Assembly (NCBI GenBank): GCA_964016885.1
Contig: OZ024743.1
Span: forward strand, 371,256,001-371,320,000
Length of the DNA: 64,000 bases
Reading direction: 5' to 3'
Source: Eledone cirrhosa
Taxonomy: Eukaryota
Numbering within the stretch: position 1 is the first letter of the stretch; every line of letters starts with the position of its first letter. Made by a program: the position numbers and the translations under genes. Of the stretch, positions 1 through 12,695 are shown in pieces. Below the pieces are notes generated by a model, which did no database searches, was not told the DNA's origin, and saw only the letters and a list, made by a program, of their open reading frames with translations.

Positions 1-846
1 ACTCTGATTCCATCAGGGAAATGGCCATGTTCGATATGCAGAAAAGGAACTGGCATAAATTCTATAAAATGCACACAATGCAGATCCTGGGTACACAAGA
101 GAGGTAGCGGGATAGCAGGCAAACTAACAGGTAGAGAGAAATATGTATGCAGTAGATGTACAGGGAAATTAGACAGTAGAAGTCGCATTGATAGACACAT
201 TTTTCAAATGCAGGAGGGTGCTATAGAAGTGGTGGATAGTTTCCGGCACCTAGCAGATCAGATTAGCATGGGAGGAGGGTGTTCCGAGGCCATAGTACCT
301 AGAATAAGGACAGGTTGGAAGAAGTTTAGGGAGCTGCTTCCTGTGCTGATGAAGAAGGGTTTCTCCCTGCGTACGAAAGGCCGGTTGTATGATGCCTGTG
401 AGGAGCATGATGCTGCATGGTAGTGAGACATGGGCAGCAACTGCAGAGGATATGCGAAGGCTGGAGAGAAATGAGGCAAGCATGCTCCGTTGGATGTGCA
501 GTGTAAATGTGCATGAACGACCCAGCAAGAATGTGTTGAGAGAGAAACTGTGTCTGAGAGGGATAGAATGTAGTGTACAGGAGAGGAGACTGAGGTGGTA
601 TGGACATGTGATGCGCTTGGAGGATGACCGATGGGTGAAGAAGTGTCAGGAAATGCCAGTTGAAGGAAGACGTGGTAGAGGTAGACCACGAAAAACATGG
701 GCGGAGGTGGTGAAAACAGACCTCAGATCATTGAAGCTCACGGTGGAGATGACGAAGGACCGTGACGAGTGGAGAGATGCTGAATAAGACCCGTCCCACC
801 CTTGCGAGCAGGGAAGAGCGGACGTAAAATGATGATGATGATGATG
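1..846 (+). mobile_element. RTE-clade LINE family A, 3' part (degenerate; PHD-like finger and post-RT region)
   Basis: ORFs 208-423 and 389-787 (RIRTGWKKFREL, MLHGSETW, RRLRWYGHVMR, GRGRPRKTW); ends CGGACGTAAAA(TGA)n. Confidence 0.9.
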
Positions 847-852
847 TATATA

Positions 853-2005
853 CAGGGTGCGGACGATATTTGTTCGCAAGATTACTGTCTAGGAAAAAAT
901 AACACAGTAGTTTTATTTTGTAAGATATATTTATCAAATTTGGGTCAGTTTGTCTTCATGACTTGATCTTTCGATCTCACTCGATAATCCCGCCATTGGC
1001 TTTGATGGCGGCCTCGGAACCACTACAGGCCTTCGTCACTGCCCCCCGACTTAGGCCCCTAAAGGCACTTATGATCCTGGCCTTCAGATCGTCTTTGGTA
1101 TTGCAGCTGTTGGTGTCTCGTTCCACTGCGCCCCACACAAAGAAGTCGAGGGGGTTGCAGTCAGGCAAGCTGGGAGGCCATATGTCAGGTGAAGTGTGGT
1201 CGATGAAGTTCTCTGACAGCGCGGCTTGGGTCTTTCGGCTGGTATGGCAGGGCGCTGAGTCTTGCTGCCACACGTACGGCCTACCTGCAGCTACCTTGTC
1301 AATCCAGGGCTTTACTACCTCGCTCAGGATGCGGATGTAGCCATCGGTGTTCAGCTTGTGGTCCTCGGGGAAGAAGTGGTCTTGGCAGAGGTTTTCTTGT
1401 CGGAGAAAAACCACAGCATGTCTGGCTCCAGTGGGTGTTTCAACTTGTTGATCAGCTTCTTTGCATGCTTCAGTCGCTTTTCTTGCATCGGCTTTGACAG
1501 AAATTGTCCTTTCCTCATCTCGTATGAAACGTAGCGAATGTCTTCATGTACCACCAGCCTAATGAGCTTTTCATCCACGCCTTTCTCCCTTGCAATGGCA
1601 CGCATCGACTTGCTAGGTTCATTGTTGATGATATCCTGAACTTCAGCAACGAACTCGAGCGTTCTGAAGGCGTCAGATCGTCGATCATGTCTTTTCCTCT
1701 CTGATGTTGCTTCGTAGTCGAATGCTGAATCTTCCAGTTCCTTTCTGACCTTTTCCACCATTCTCCTGCTGACGCTGAGAAAGTCTGAAATTTCCTTATT
1801 TGTCCTCCCGGCGCGGATTCCAAGAAGAACTCTGTGTCTCTTCCACAAATTTGGAGGTTCAAAATTATTCATAATCAATTATTCTGAAAAGAAATAATGG
1901 AAATATAGTCACTGTTTTTATGAAGACAAGAGTGACAACGGAAGTAAAAAAATTTTGCATAAAATTAGCAGTTGAAAATTGCGAACAAATATCGTCCACA
2001 CCCTG
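853..2005 (-). mobile_element. Tc1/mariner DD37D (maT-type) transposon, internally deleted and frameshifted
   Basis: 27-bp TIRs CAGGGTG(C/T)GGACGATATTTGTTCGCAA flanked by TA; transposase in ORFs 1878-1351 and 1414-977 with WFFSD, QQDSAPCH, WPPSLPDCNPLD; 37 residues between 2nd and 3rd D. Confidence 0.93.
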
Positions 2006-2072
2006 TATATATATATGTGTATATATATATATGTGTATATATATATATGTGTATATATATATATGTGTATAT

Positions 2073-2128
<56 letters not shown>
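2006..2128. repeat. (TA)n/(TG) microsatellite
   Basis: direct reading. Confidence 0.95.
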
Positions 2129-2132
<4 letters not shown>

Positions 2133-2149
2133 TATGATAGTACATATAT

Positions 2150-4620
2150 GATCGTACACTGATAGTATATATGAAGCAACTACAGACAGTAATATGTGTC
2201 ACATATCGGCCGCCCAATGCCCCCAGTCATGAGGGTAAATTTGAGGATAGCCTAAGTAGGATAGAAGAGGTCCTTGACAAACTGGACCAGGGCCTCAACA
2301 TTCTACTGCTGGGAGACTTCAACCTACCAAAGGTCAAATGACCTGAGGGCCACCTCCTCCCTGGAATGACGAGAGAAATCCGGAAGCAAACATGGAGTGA
2401 AAACACCGCCACACAAGACACTAACACACAATTTCAACACTTCATGATACACACTATATGTAAAAAGTTTGTCCCGGAGAAAAAGGCAAACAGACACAAA
2501 AATCTTATTCCCAGAGATAGGAAAATCCTTATGAGACGTAGAACCAAGCTCTCAAACCAGTTGAATAGTCAACAAAACAAAAACAAGAAGGAATCCTATT
2601 TGAAATGTGCATTACTTGGCACCGAGATTGCACTCAAGCTTTCCCATGAGAATGAGAGGGCAAAGAAAGAGAACTGGGCCATAGAAAACATTAAAACAAA
2701 CCCTAAGGCCTTCTTTAAATTTGCAAAAGAAACTGCCTCGGTACACTGCAAGATTGAGCCACTCTTCCATACAGACGGTTCATTAACCGAAAACCCCCAA
2801 GAGATATGTGAAATACTGAACAAACAGTACAAAAGTGTGTTCACATGTCCACTGAGGCACATGCAAATAACGAAGCCAGAGGAGTTCTTTGATGCCACAA
2901 CACTACATGAAGAAATGGCAACCATCAACCACATAGACATAACGGAGGAGGATGTGGTGTATGCCATTGATGAAATTAGAACAGACTCGGCTGCTGGACC
3001 TGATGGATTCCCAGCAGTTCTCTTAAAAATGTAAGCGGGCCTTAGCAACTGCACTAAAGATGCTCTTCAGAAGCTCCTTGGCTAGTGGTGTACTACCCAG
3101 GGAGCTGAAAGAAGGCACAATATGCCCTATCTATAAAGGAGGTAGCAGAGCGGAGGCCAAAAACTATAGGCCAGTCTCCCTGACGTCGCATATCTGTAAG
3201 GTCAAGGAGCGAGTCGTCAGAAAGAAACTGATAACTTTCCTCGAGGAAAATGACCGCCTAACTAGCATGCAACATGGCTTCCGCCCAGGAAGAAGCTGAC
3301 TTACACAGCTACTACATCACTACGACTGGGTACTGAAACAACTACTAGACAGCTCACATGTGGACGTGATATATCTTGACTTTGCGAAGGCCTTTGACAA
3401 GGTCGACCACGGAATGATATGTCACAAACTACACGGACTCGGCATAACTGGAAAAGTAGGTGAGTGGCTGCATGACTTCCTAAAGGACAGAAGCCAGGCA
3501 GTCGCAGCAAATGGGGCCCTCTCAAAGGAAACACCAAGAACAAGTGGGGTGCCCCAGGGGACAGTCCTGGGACCACTACTGTTTTTGGTGGCTCTCTCAG
3601 ACATGCCCTCTGTAGTACATACAACAACATCCCTCACTAGCTATGCTGATGACACTAAGTAGCACAGGCAATCAAAAACCCGGCTGACGCTGCCCTTTTA
3701 CAGCAGGATCTGGATGCCATATACAAATGGGCGGAAGAAAACAACATGCAGTTTAATGCTGGCAAATTCCAAGCCTTACAATACAAACCTCCAAACAAAC
3801 CTGCAAACACAAATATAGTACAACACAACTACACAGGACCAGGAGGGACCGATATCCCCGTGTCAAAATCGATACGAGACCTGGGCATAGACATGAGCGA
3901 TGATACCTCTTTTTCTTCACACATCATGAAAGTGGCGACAATGTGCAGAAGACTCGCTAGCTGGATCTTGAGGACTTTCCGGACAAGAGATCGAGACACA
4001 ATGTTGACACTATGGAGGACATTTGTCCTAAGCCGCCTGGACTACTGCTCCCAGTTGTGGTCACCCCATAGTGTCAAACTAACCACGGAGCTTGAGGCAA
4101 TCCAGCGAAGCTACACCAAGATGAGGGAGACAAGCTACTGGGAGAGGCTAAAGGAACTGAACCTCTACTCCTTGGAACGAAGACGGGAGAGATACGCAGT
4201 GATCTACATGTGGAAAATCCTGGAGGGACTAGCACCAAACTTTGGCATTGGGAGCTGGACCAACCGTCGAACAGGACGTCACTGTGTGGTGCCAAAGGTC
4301 CCGTCTTCCACATCTAGAATAAGGAGCAGGTATTGCAATAGACTGGGATTCAAGGGCCCTCAACTCTTCAACAGGCTGCCGAGGGATCTGAGAGATTTGC
4401 ATGACGTGGAGGTGGATGTCTTCAAGAAACATCTCGACACCTTGTTATCCATGATCCCGGATGAGCCCACAGCAAGACACGAGGGAAACCTAAGGGCAGC
4501 AGCAACAAACTCCCTCTTACACCAGTTGCCAACCTATACAGGCTGGAGATAAAATGTGTAGCAACAAGGGCGGTGCCCCAGCATGGCCTCAGCCGGATGG
4601 CTGAAACAGGTAAAAGAGTA
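2150..4620 (+). mobile_element. CR1-group LINE, 5'-truncated, ORF2 pseudogene
   Basis: LLLGDFNLP (APE), AAGPDG, NYRPVSLTS, YLDFAKAFDKVDH, SGVPQGTVLGPLLF, YADDTK, LDYCSQLWSP, LERRRER over several broken ORFs; 3' end GGTGCCCCAGCATGGCC...GAAACAGGTAAAAGA. Confidence 0.88.
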
Positions 4621-5092
4621 TACAATAATATATATATATACAATAATGTACATATAGATACATATATATATATATATATATACAATAATGTATATATAGA
4701 TACATATATATATACATACAATAATGTATATATAGATACAATAATGAATATATAGATACATATATAAGCCAGATCAGTTCCTGTATGAGCAAGGCATGGT
4801 CAGCCGACCAGACACTGCCCACAACAGGACAACCCGTCTAACCCATGCTAGCGTGGAAGAACGGACGTAAAACGGTGATGATGATGATATACAATAATGT
4901 ATATATAGATACATATATATATATACATACAATAATGTATATATAGATACATATATATACATACAATAATGTATATATAGATACATATATATATATACAT
5001 ACAATAATGTATATATAGATACATATATATATATATACAATAATGTATATATAGATACATATATATATATATATACAATAATGTATATATAG

Positions 5093-5127
<35 letters not shown>

Positions 5128-5294
5128 AATGTATATATAGATATATAGATATATATATACAATAATGTATATATAGATACATATATATATACAATAATGT
5201 ATATATAGATACATATATATATACAATAATGTATATATAGATACATATATATATACAATAATGTATATATAGATACATATATATATATACAATA

Positions 5295-5330
<36 letters not shown>
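4620..5330. repeat. TA-derived minisatellite, unit ~TACAATAATGTATATATAGATAC(AT)n
   Basis: unit repeated many times; recurs at ~7198-7250. Confidence 0.9.
4767..4888 (+). mobile_element. RTE family B 3' tip (~120 bp)
   Basis: reverse-complement match to 10637-10767; ends CGGACGTAAAACGG(TGA)n. Confidence 0.88.
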
Positions 5331-5335
<5 letters not shown>

Positions 5336-5345
5336 AACGAGTAGG

Positions 5346-5442
5346 ACCCCGACGGCTGAGCTCAAGCCGTTTCGACGGCTAATTCTGGACTAAATAAAAA
5401 TTTAGATTTTTTATATTTGAATAGCCGAGCTTCTCAGGGGGT
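5346..5442 (-). ncRNA. Type I hammerhead-like motif, variant core (CUGAGAA)
   Basis: reverse complement of 6991-7087. Confidence 0.6.
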
Positions 5443-6990
5443 AATTCCATATATGGTAAAAGTGATTGTCACAAGGATTGGTCAAAAGTTTGTTGTTGAG
5501 ACATAATAATTCTATCATGGCAATTTGTGGAGGGAAGGGGTAGCTGAACCTGCAAGTAGAAGAAAGAGGGAGAGGGGGTGGAGGAAACCCAGTCGTGGTG
5601 CGTTGATAGTGCCAACTACAGCTGGGCATGAGGTCAAAGAAGATACTAGGGGGGGGGTCGAAACACTAAGTAAAACAATATGGGGTAAATATATAGAGAA
5701 ATACCGGGAGTGTTAAAAAACAAGAAAGATGAACTGGTAACTGCATGTAAACCCAGATTGCGTAGGACTTAGCTCGTCCTCACACCCCATAATGACCCAG
5801 GGTGTGTGTGGGGGGGGGGGGGGTTAGACTAGGGCTATAACACCCCTCTTACCGATTTTGTAATGGGTAACCCCTGCTTGCAAAGGTAGACCTAAGATCT
5901 TTTATATCTTTTTATCACTACCTCTATATTTCCTTCTTCCCCCATCCCTCCCTAGTCCTTCCACCCCAGTCCTCTTTCTTTATCGTCGTCCTTTTACTTT
6001 CTCGCCCACCCGAGGCAGCCCCTCGGTCCTTTGTAGCCTCAGTACCCCCACCCCCTTCCCCTATTCTATGATAGATTTGGCCGATGCCGCTTTTTATAGC
6101 AGATGTGTTAGACCCCGGATACTTGCCTTCTTATCCGATGGCTGCCCCTTTTCCGTGATTTCTATATTTCTTAGTGGCTTTAATTTCTCGTATATCAGTA
6201 TTTATTTTTTTTTTTGTGTGTGTGTGGGGGGGGATTCTGAATTAATTTTTCGTATCAAATTTTACATATACTTCGTACGAGCATTTATGTAGTTTGCACT
6301 AGAATTTTTGTATCGTGGCGGCACCCTTAGAGATAGTATTAGTTTTCTTTTTCGGGATTCTGAATTATTATTTCGTATTAGTTTTTTTTTTTTTTGCACT
6401 GGGTGGTTGCTGGCCTTGTGCCTGGGGTAGAAACCTTTATTTAGTACTGGTCTCGGGACTCTGAATTATTATTTTGTGGTAGTTTCTTTAGTATCTTGGC
6501 CCCCCACTTGTTGACCCGTCACCGTAAGATATATTCGGTTGTTTACTTATACCTCTTAAAAGGGTCTCATTATAATTCCGTCCCACCTAGTAAACCTTTC
6601 TTTAGTCTCGCAGTACCAGTGAGAGACTTGATAGCTGTCCTTAGGTTATAGTAACCAGAAATTGTTTTGTTTTTTGTTTTTTTTTACATTTAATTGTTTT
6701 TTAACACTCCCGGTATTTCTCTATATATTTACCCCATATTGTTTTACTTATTGTTTCGACTTCCTCCCCCTCCCCCCCCCCCCCTAGTATCTTCTTTGAC
6801 CTCATGCCCAGCTGTAGTTGGCACTATCAACGCATCACGACTGGGTTTCCTCCACCCCCTCTCCCTCTTTCTTCTACTTGCAGGTTCAGCTACCCCTTCC
6901 CTCCACAAATTGCCATGATAGAATTATTATGTCTCAACAACAAACTTTTGACTAATCCTTGTGACAATCACTTTTACCATATATGGAATT

Positions 6991-7087
6991 ACCCCCTGAG
7001 AAGCTCGGCTATTCAAATATAAAAAATCTAAATTTTTATTTAGTCCAGAATTAGCCGTCGAAACGGCTTGAGCTCAGCCGTCGGGGT
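6991..7087 (+). ncRNA. Type I hammerhead-like motif, variant core (CUGAGAA)
   Basis: ACCCC-CTGAGAA-stem II (CGGCTATTC/GAATTAGCCG)-GAAA-CGGCT/AGCCG-TC-GGGGT. Confidence 0.6.
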
Positions 7088-7240
7088 CCTACTCGTTCCT
7101 ATTACCCACTCTACTACCCTAAGTATTGAGTACTTTTGTGCGTTATGGTCCACCTGGTTCCTTACCATATTTCCTTCGTTATATATATATATATATATAT
7201 ACAATAATGTATGTATAGATATAGATAGATATATACAATA

Positions 7241-7278
<38 letters not shown>

Positions 7279-8046
7279 TATCATCATCATTATCATCATT
7301 TTACATCCACTTTTCCCTGCTTGCAAGGGTGGGACGGGTCTTATTCAGCACAGCATCTCTCCACTTGTCACGGTCCTTCGTCATCTCCACCGTGAGCTTC
7401 AGCGATCTGAGGTCTGTTCTCACCACCTCCGCCCATGTTTTTCGTGGTCTACCTCTACCACGTCTTCCTTCAACTGCCATTTCCTGGCACTTCTTCACCC
7501 ATCGGTCATCCTCCAAGCTTATCATATGTCAATACCACCGCAGTCTCCTCTCTCACACACTACATTCTATCCCTCTCAGACACAGTTTCTCAATACATCC
7601 ATGCTGGGTCATTCATGCATATTGACATTACATATCCAACGGAGCATGCTTGCCTCATTTCTCTCCAGCCGTCACATTTCCTCTGCAGTTGCTGCCCATG
7701 TCTCACTACCATGCAGCATCGCGCTTGTCCTACAGGCATCATTTAACTGGCCTTTCGTACGCAGGGAGAGACCCTTCTTCATCACCAAAGGAAGCAGCTC
7801 CCTAAACTTCTTCCAACCCGTCCTTATTCTAGATACTATGGCCTCGGAACCCCCCCCCCCCTCCCATGCTAATCTGATCTCCGAGGTACCGGAAGCTATC
7901 AACCACTTCTATAGCACCCGCCTGCATTTGAAAAATGTGTCTATCAATGCGACTTCTACTGTCTAATTTCTCTGTACATCTACTGCATACGTATTTCTCC
8001 CTACCTGTTAGTTTGCCTGCTATCCCACTACATCTCTTGTGTACCA
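7279..8046 (-). mobile_element. RTE family A 3' fragment
   Basis: ORFs 8047-7829, 7902-7672, 7525-7301; (CAT)n tail on + strand. Confidence 0.9.
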
Positions 8047-8049
8047 AGA

Positions 8050-9980
8050 TACCATTCTATTTTTAACAGACACACTATAAAACTATCCTACTCTACTACT
8101 ATGAACATAGCACAAAATATAAATAGAATTAATAATAGAAACTTAAATTTAAACCCTAACCAAACTAACAATAATAATATTTCTAACAACAATATTCAGA
8201 ATAATAGTACCGTTCCGAACAACAACAACTCCAGAAAATGTAACTGTAGAATTAAATCAAACTGCCCTTTACAAAATAATTGCTTAGACAAAAACGTAAT
8301 TTGTAAATGCACAGTTTAAACTAGAGACAAAGTATTTAACTATATTAGTGCCACTTCTACAAAATTTAAAAAACGCTGGTATAACCATAAACACACATTT
8401 AAGAAATCCGATAAAAAAAAATCTTCCAATTCACTTTCACATTTAATTTGGAACTTAAAAGACAACAATATAGACTATTCAATATCCTGGAGAACGATTC
8501 TGAAAGCACCTGCATACCAAAATATGGCTTTCTCAAGATTCTGTAACTCGTGTATCGAGGAAATTTTTTATATAATTAATTGTCAAAACTCTATTAATCT
8601 TAAAACAGAATTATTTTCTTGCAGACATCGCCAAAATTCCACTTTCAGAAGTATTTTTAATTTATGGTATTCTTATACACCTTCAAAATGATCCTATTTT
8701 CTTTAAAATTTAAATGTAAATTTTTTTTAAATGATCTTCCTTCTTAAATTTTTTTATATTTCTACTATTTTTACCTTTTGACATTAATTTTTTTTAATAT
8801 ATATTTTTTTTATATTTTTTTATATTTTTTACTTCTGACGTTATTTTTTTAGATGTAGTTTGATAATCTTTAATTGATATTCTGAAAATTTATCCTCTTT
8901 ACGATAGTTCTTCGAAATGCACATTATGTTTTTCATCTCCTTTTGATCTTCAAATTTTTACACATCTTTCGACTAAAATAATTAATCTCACACAAAATAA
9001 TATATAATTTTCTCTATATATTTTCTGAATAAATCATTCATCAAATTTAACGGTTAACAAACAAGATTGGAGTTATCTTTCCCTTTTCAATTGTCCAAAC
9101 ATAAACATATTATATTATGTATGATAAACTATATAACTTTGCTAAATTAACAATATTCTGAAAACATTTTCAATGTTGGAACAAAATATTGGAATCTACA
9201 AATTGTTCTCCTCTTACAACTTGAACCACATATTTTTTTTATGTAAAATACAAAATCAACATCCTTCGTAACTCATAATAGAAATATAAACAACTAATAA
9301 TTGTAAATTATTTCTATTTCTATAATACTTATACATGCACAATTATTAATCTCGGGAGATATTTATACACTTATAACCTATTGTAATGTAATAAGATAAA
9401 ATACTTACAACCATAATTCTTCATATAATCTAATTGATTATATATACAATATTATAACTCATAATATAGCTAAATAAATTTAAATTCTGGAATCATTTTC
9501 CACCATTCCCCCAAATTGTTAATTCCTTTTAAATTAACGTAAATACAAGCTCTTCCTTTTTCTTCTTCCTATGCATACATACATATATCCTAATTATTTA
9601 AATTCTGCATAGTGTCTAAAATAACGTTTTTTTCAGCCCTATACCTCAACCTCATTTGCATACTCATCTTAATAATTTGAAATATCTTACTTTTCTTCTC
9701 TTATCCCTTCACTATCCCCCAAGGAAAACTTGAACCGTTAAGGTATCTTTCCTTGGTTATGTCAAAATTTATAAAACAAACTTTGTATTTTATCTGATGA
9801 AAGCGTACCAAAGTTTTGGTACCCTTCAAATATATATAATAGAATAAATATGGTTTTATAATAGTTTCCATTTATTTAATATCATTGAATATTATACTCC
9901 AGAAAACTTGTCGAGTGCTCTGAATCAGTTATAAACATTTATATTTGTTGAATTACCAACAAACTGAATATCCCTTTTGC
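8050..9980 (+). mobile_element. PLE remnant: CNC..CP..C linker and GIY-YIG endonuclease pseudogene, long AT-rich 3' region
   Basis: RKCNCRIKSNCPLQNNCLDKNVICKCTV followed by NYISATSTKFKKRWYNHK; hammerhead at 9788. Confidence 0.82.
9788..9844 (+). ncRNA. Minimal type I hammerhead, degenerate (GAAA to CAAA)
   Basis: TTTTAT-CTGATGA-AAGCGTACCAAA/TTTGGTACCCTT-CAAA-TATATA-TA-ATAGAA. Confidence 0.65.
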
Positions 9981-9981
9981 T

Positions 9982-10636
9982 TATATATATATATATATAT
10001 ATAGAATATATATATATAGAGAATATATATATATATAGAGAATATATATATATATAGAGAATATATATATATAGAGAATATATATATATAGAGAATATAT
10101 ATATATATAGTATATATATATATATAGTATATATATATATATAGTATATATATATATATAGTATATATATATATATAGTATATATATATATATAGTATAT
10201 ATATATATATAGTATATATATATATATAGTATATATATATATATAGTATATATATATATATAGTGTATATATATATATATAGTATATATATATATATAGA
10301 ATATATATATATATAGAATATATATATATATAGAATATATATATATAGAGAATATATATATATAGAGAATATATATATATAGAGAATATATATATATATA
10401 GTATATATATGTATAGAATATATATATATAGAATATATATATATATATATATAGTATATATATGTATAGAATATATATATATATATATATATATTCTATA
10501 TATATATAGAATATATATATATATATATTCTATATATATATATAGAATATATATGTGTATATATATTCTCACTATATATATATGTGTATATATATTCTAT
10601 ATATATATATGTGTATATATATTCTATATATATATA
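9982..10636. repeat. (TA)n-derived compound minisatellite (AGAATATAT.., AGTATATAT.., ATTCTATAT..)
   Basis: direct reading. Confidence 0.92.
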
Positions 10637-12520
10637 TCATCATCATCATCATCATCACCGTTTTACGTCCGTTCTTCCACGCTAGCATGGGTTAGACGGG
10701 TTGTCCTGTTGTGGGCAGTGTCTGGTCGGCTGACCATGCCTTGCTCATACAGGAACTGATCTGGCTTGATTTCTACAGCTGGATGCCCTTCCTAACACCA
10801 ACCTCATTTACAGTGAGTGCTGGGTGCTTTTTCGTGGCGCCTACACGTCCACTTTACAGTGTGGGCTGGGTGCTTTTTTGCCGTGGCACCTCCACGACCA
10901 CCTTGCGGTGGGGGGGGGGGGGCATATTGTTTATATGCTTCAGCATGTACCCATGGGAGGTCGGGTACCCTGTATTACTGCGTGACGCCAGAAGTCATGG
11001 TCGTGTGTCATTGACTTTGAGAGGTGTAGTTGGGTAAGGTCGGCTTTTATCACCTCATCCCAAGTCATCTTGGGTCTCCCCACTCCGCGGTTTCCATCAA
11101 CTTCTAGTGCTCTGCACCTTTTTATGCAGCTGTCATCCTTCATACGCATCACATGTCCATACCAGCGTAACCGCCTCTCCTGCACGCAGCATTTGATTCC
11201 TCTTATGCTCAGTCTCTCTCTCAATTCATTTATGCTTTGTCGTTCACGTATATTACTGTTACACATCCATCGGAGCATGCAGGCTTCGTTTCTCTCTAAT
11301 CTACGTAAGTCTTCCACCTTCAGCGCCCAGGTCTCACTACCATGCAACATCGCTGTTCGGATACACGCATCATACAGTCTGCCTTTCATTCTGAGGGAGA
11401 AGCCTTTTGCAGCTAGCAGTGGTAGTAGTTCCCTAAACTTCTTCCATCCCGTTCTTACCCTAGTTATTGTACTTTCTGAGCACCCACCTCCGTTGCTAAT
11501 TCGGTCACCTAGGTAGCAGAAGCTGTCTACTGTTTCTACAGGGCCCTCCCAGAGATTGGTGGTACTTGTTTCCTGTGGCTGTTTGCTTGCTGTTTCAGCA
11601 CAGCTGCTGCATGTGAATCCTACATTCTTAATTAAGCTTCCTGAGATCCCGCTACATCTCTTGTGTACCCATTGTTTGCATTTGGGGCAAAGAATGGAGT
11701 TCCTACCTACACCTTTCCTACATACTGAGCAAGGCCATTTCCCTGAGGGGATCTGGGTTCTGTTTTCTCGTCTACTTATAAGGACCTTAGTCTTTGTCAT
11801 GTTGACTTTGAGGCCCTTTCTCTCTAGTCCCTGCTTCCAGGTTTGGAATTTATTCTCTAGTTCTACTATAGATTCAGCTATGAGTGCGAGGTCATCAGCA
11901 TACAGGAGTTCCCATGGGCATCCGGTCTTAAACTCCTCCGTTATTGCCTGCAGGACTATGATGAACAGGAGAGGGCTAAGAACAGAGCCCTGGTGGACCC
12001 CAACCTGTACGCTAAATTCCTCGCTATACTCATTGCCAATCCTAACTTTGCTGACTGCTCCCCTATACATGGCTTGTACCGCTTTCACAAGCCATTCATC
12101 TACTCCTAGTTTTCTAAGAGCCCACCAGATTACTGCACGTGGAACTCTGTCAAAGGCTTTCTCAAGGTCGACAAATGCCAAGTAGAGTGGCTTACTTTTA
12201 GCTAGGTACTTTTCCTGTAATTGCCTCACAAGGAAGAGCGCATCAGTGGTGCCTTTCCCTGGAACAAACCCAAATTGCATCTCGTCTATATTCACCCGGT
12301 CCCTAATCAGCTGTGCTATAACTCTTTCTGTTACTTTCATGACCTGGTCCATCAACTTTATACCTCTATAGTTTCCTCTATCTAGTGCATCGCCTTTACC
12401 TTTGTAGCAGTTGACAATGATGCTACTGCACCAATCTTTTGGTATGGCCCCCTCTAGTATTACCTGGTTAACGATACGTGTGGTTATAGTGTGACCTACA
12501 GACCCAGATGCCTTCAGCAT
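10637..12520 (-). mobile_element. RTE family B LINE, 5'-truncated, uninterrupted 526-aa RT+PHD+C-terminal ORF and 3' UTR
   Basis: ORF 12520-10940: NYRGIKL, QFGFVPG, FVDLEKAFD, GVHQGSVLSP, LYADDL, C4-H-C3 finger; (TGA)n tail. Confidence 0.95.
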
Positions 12521-12694
12521 ATGTGTATATATATTCTATATGTGTATATATATGTGTATATATATTCTATATGTGTATATATATTCTATATGTGTATATA
12601 TATGTGTATATATATTCTATATGTGTATATATATTCTATATGTGTATATATATGTGTATATATATTCTATATATATATATGTGTATATATATTC
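12521..12694. repeat. ATTCTATATGTGTATAT minisatellite
   Basis: same unit as ~10545-10630 on the other side of the RTE-B insertion. Confidence 0.88.
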
Positions 12695-12695
12695 A

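Larger units (their letters stand above)
5331..7180 (+). mobile_element. Non-coding PLE-like 3' region with ~390-bp inverted repeats (5331-5720 / 6690-7101)
   Basis: long inverted repeat (ORFs 5411-5629 - and 6804-7022 + nearly identical); hammerhead-like motif in each arm; flanked by (TA)n. Confidence 0.7.

Noticed and set aside
4422-5365. Long Y/I/C/V-rich ORFs (also 9925-10572, 14744-15595, 18311-18937)
   Set aside because: Translations of (TA)n/(TG)n repeats
9982-10636. Regular repeats resembling a CRISPR array
   Set aside because: Spacers are just variable (TA)n; eukaryotic context; no cas genes
11070-12185. Long ORFs antisense to RTE RT (also 23375-23923, 61658-62158)
   Set aside because: Shadow frames of LINE coding sequence with no independent motifs
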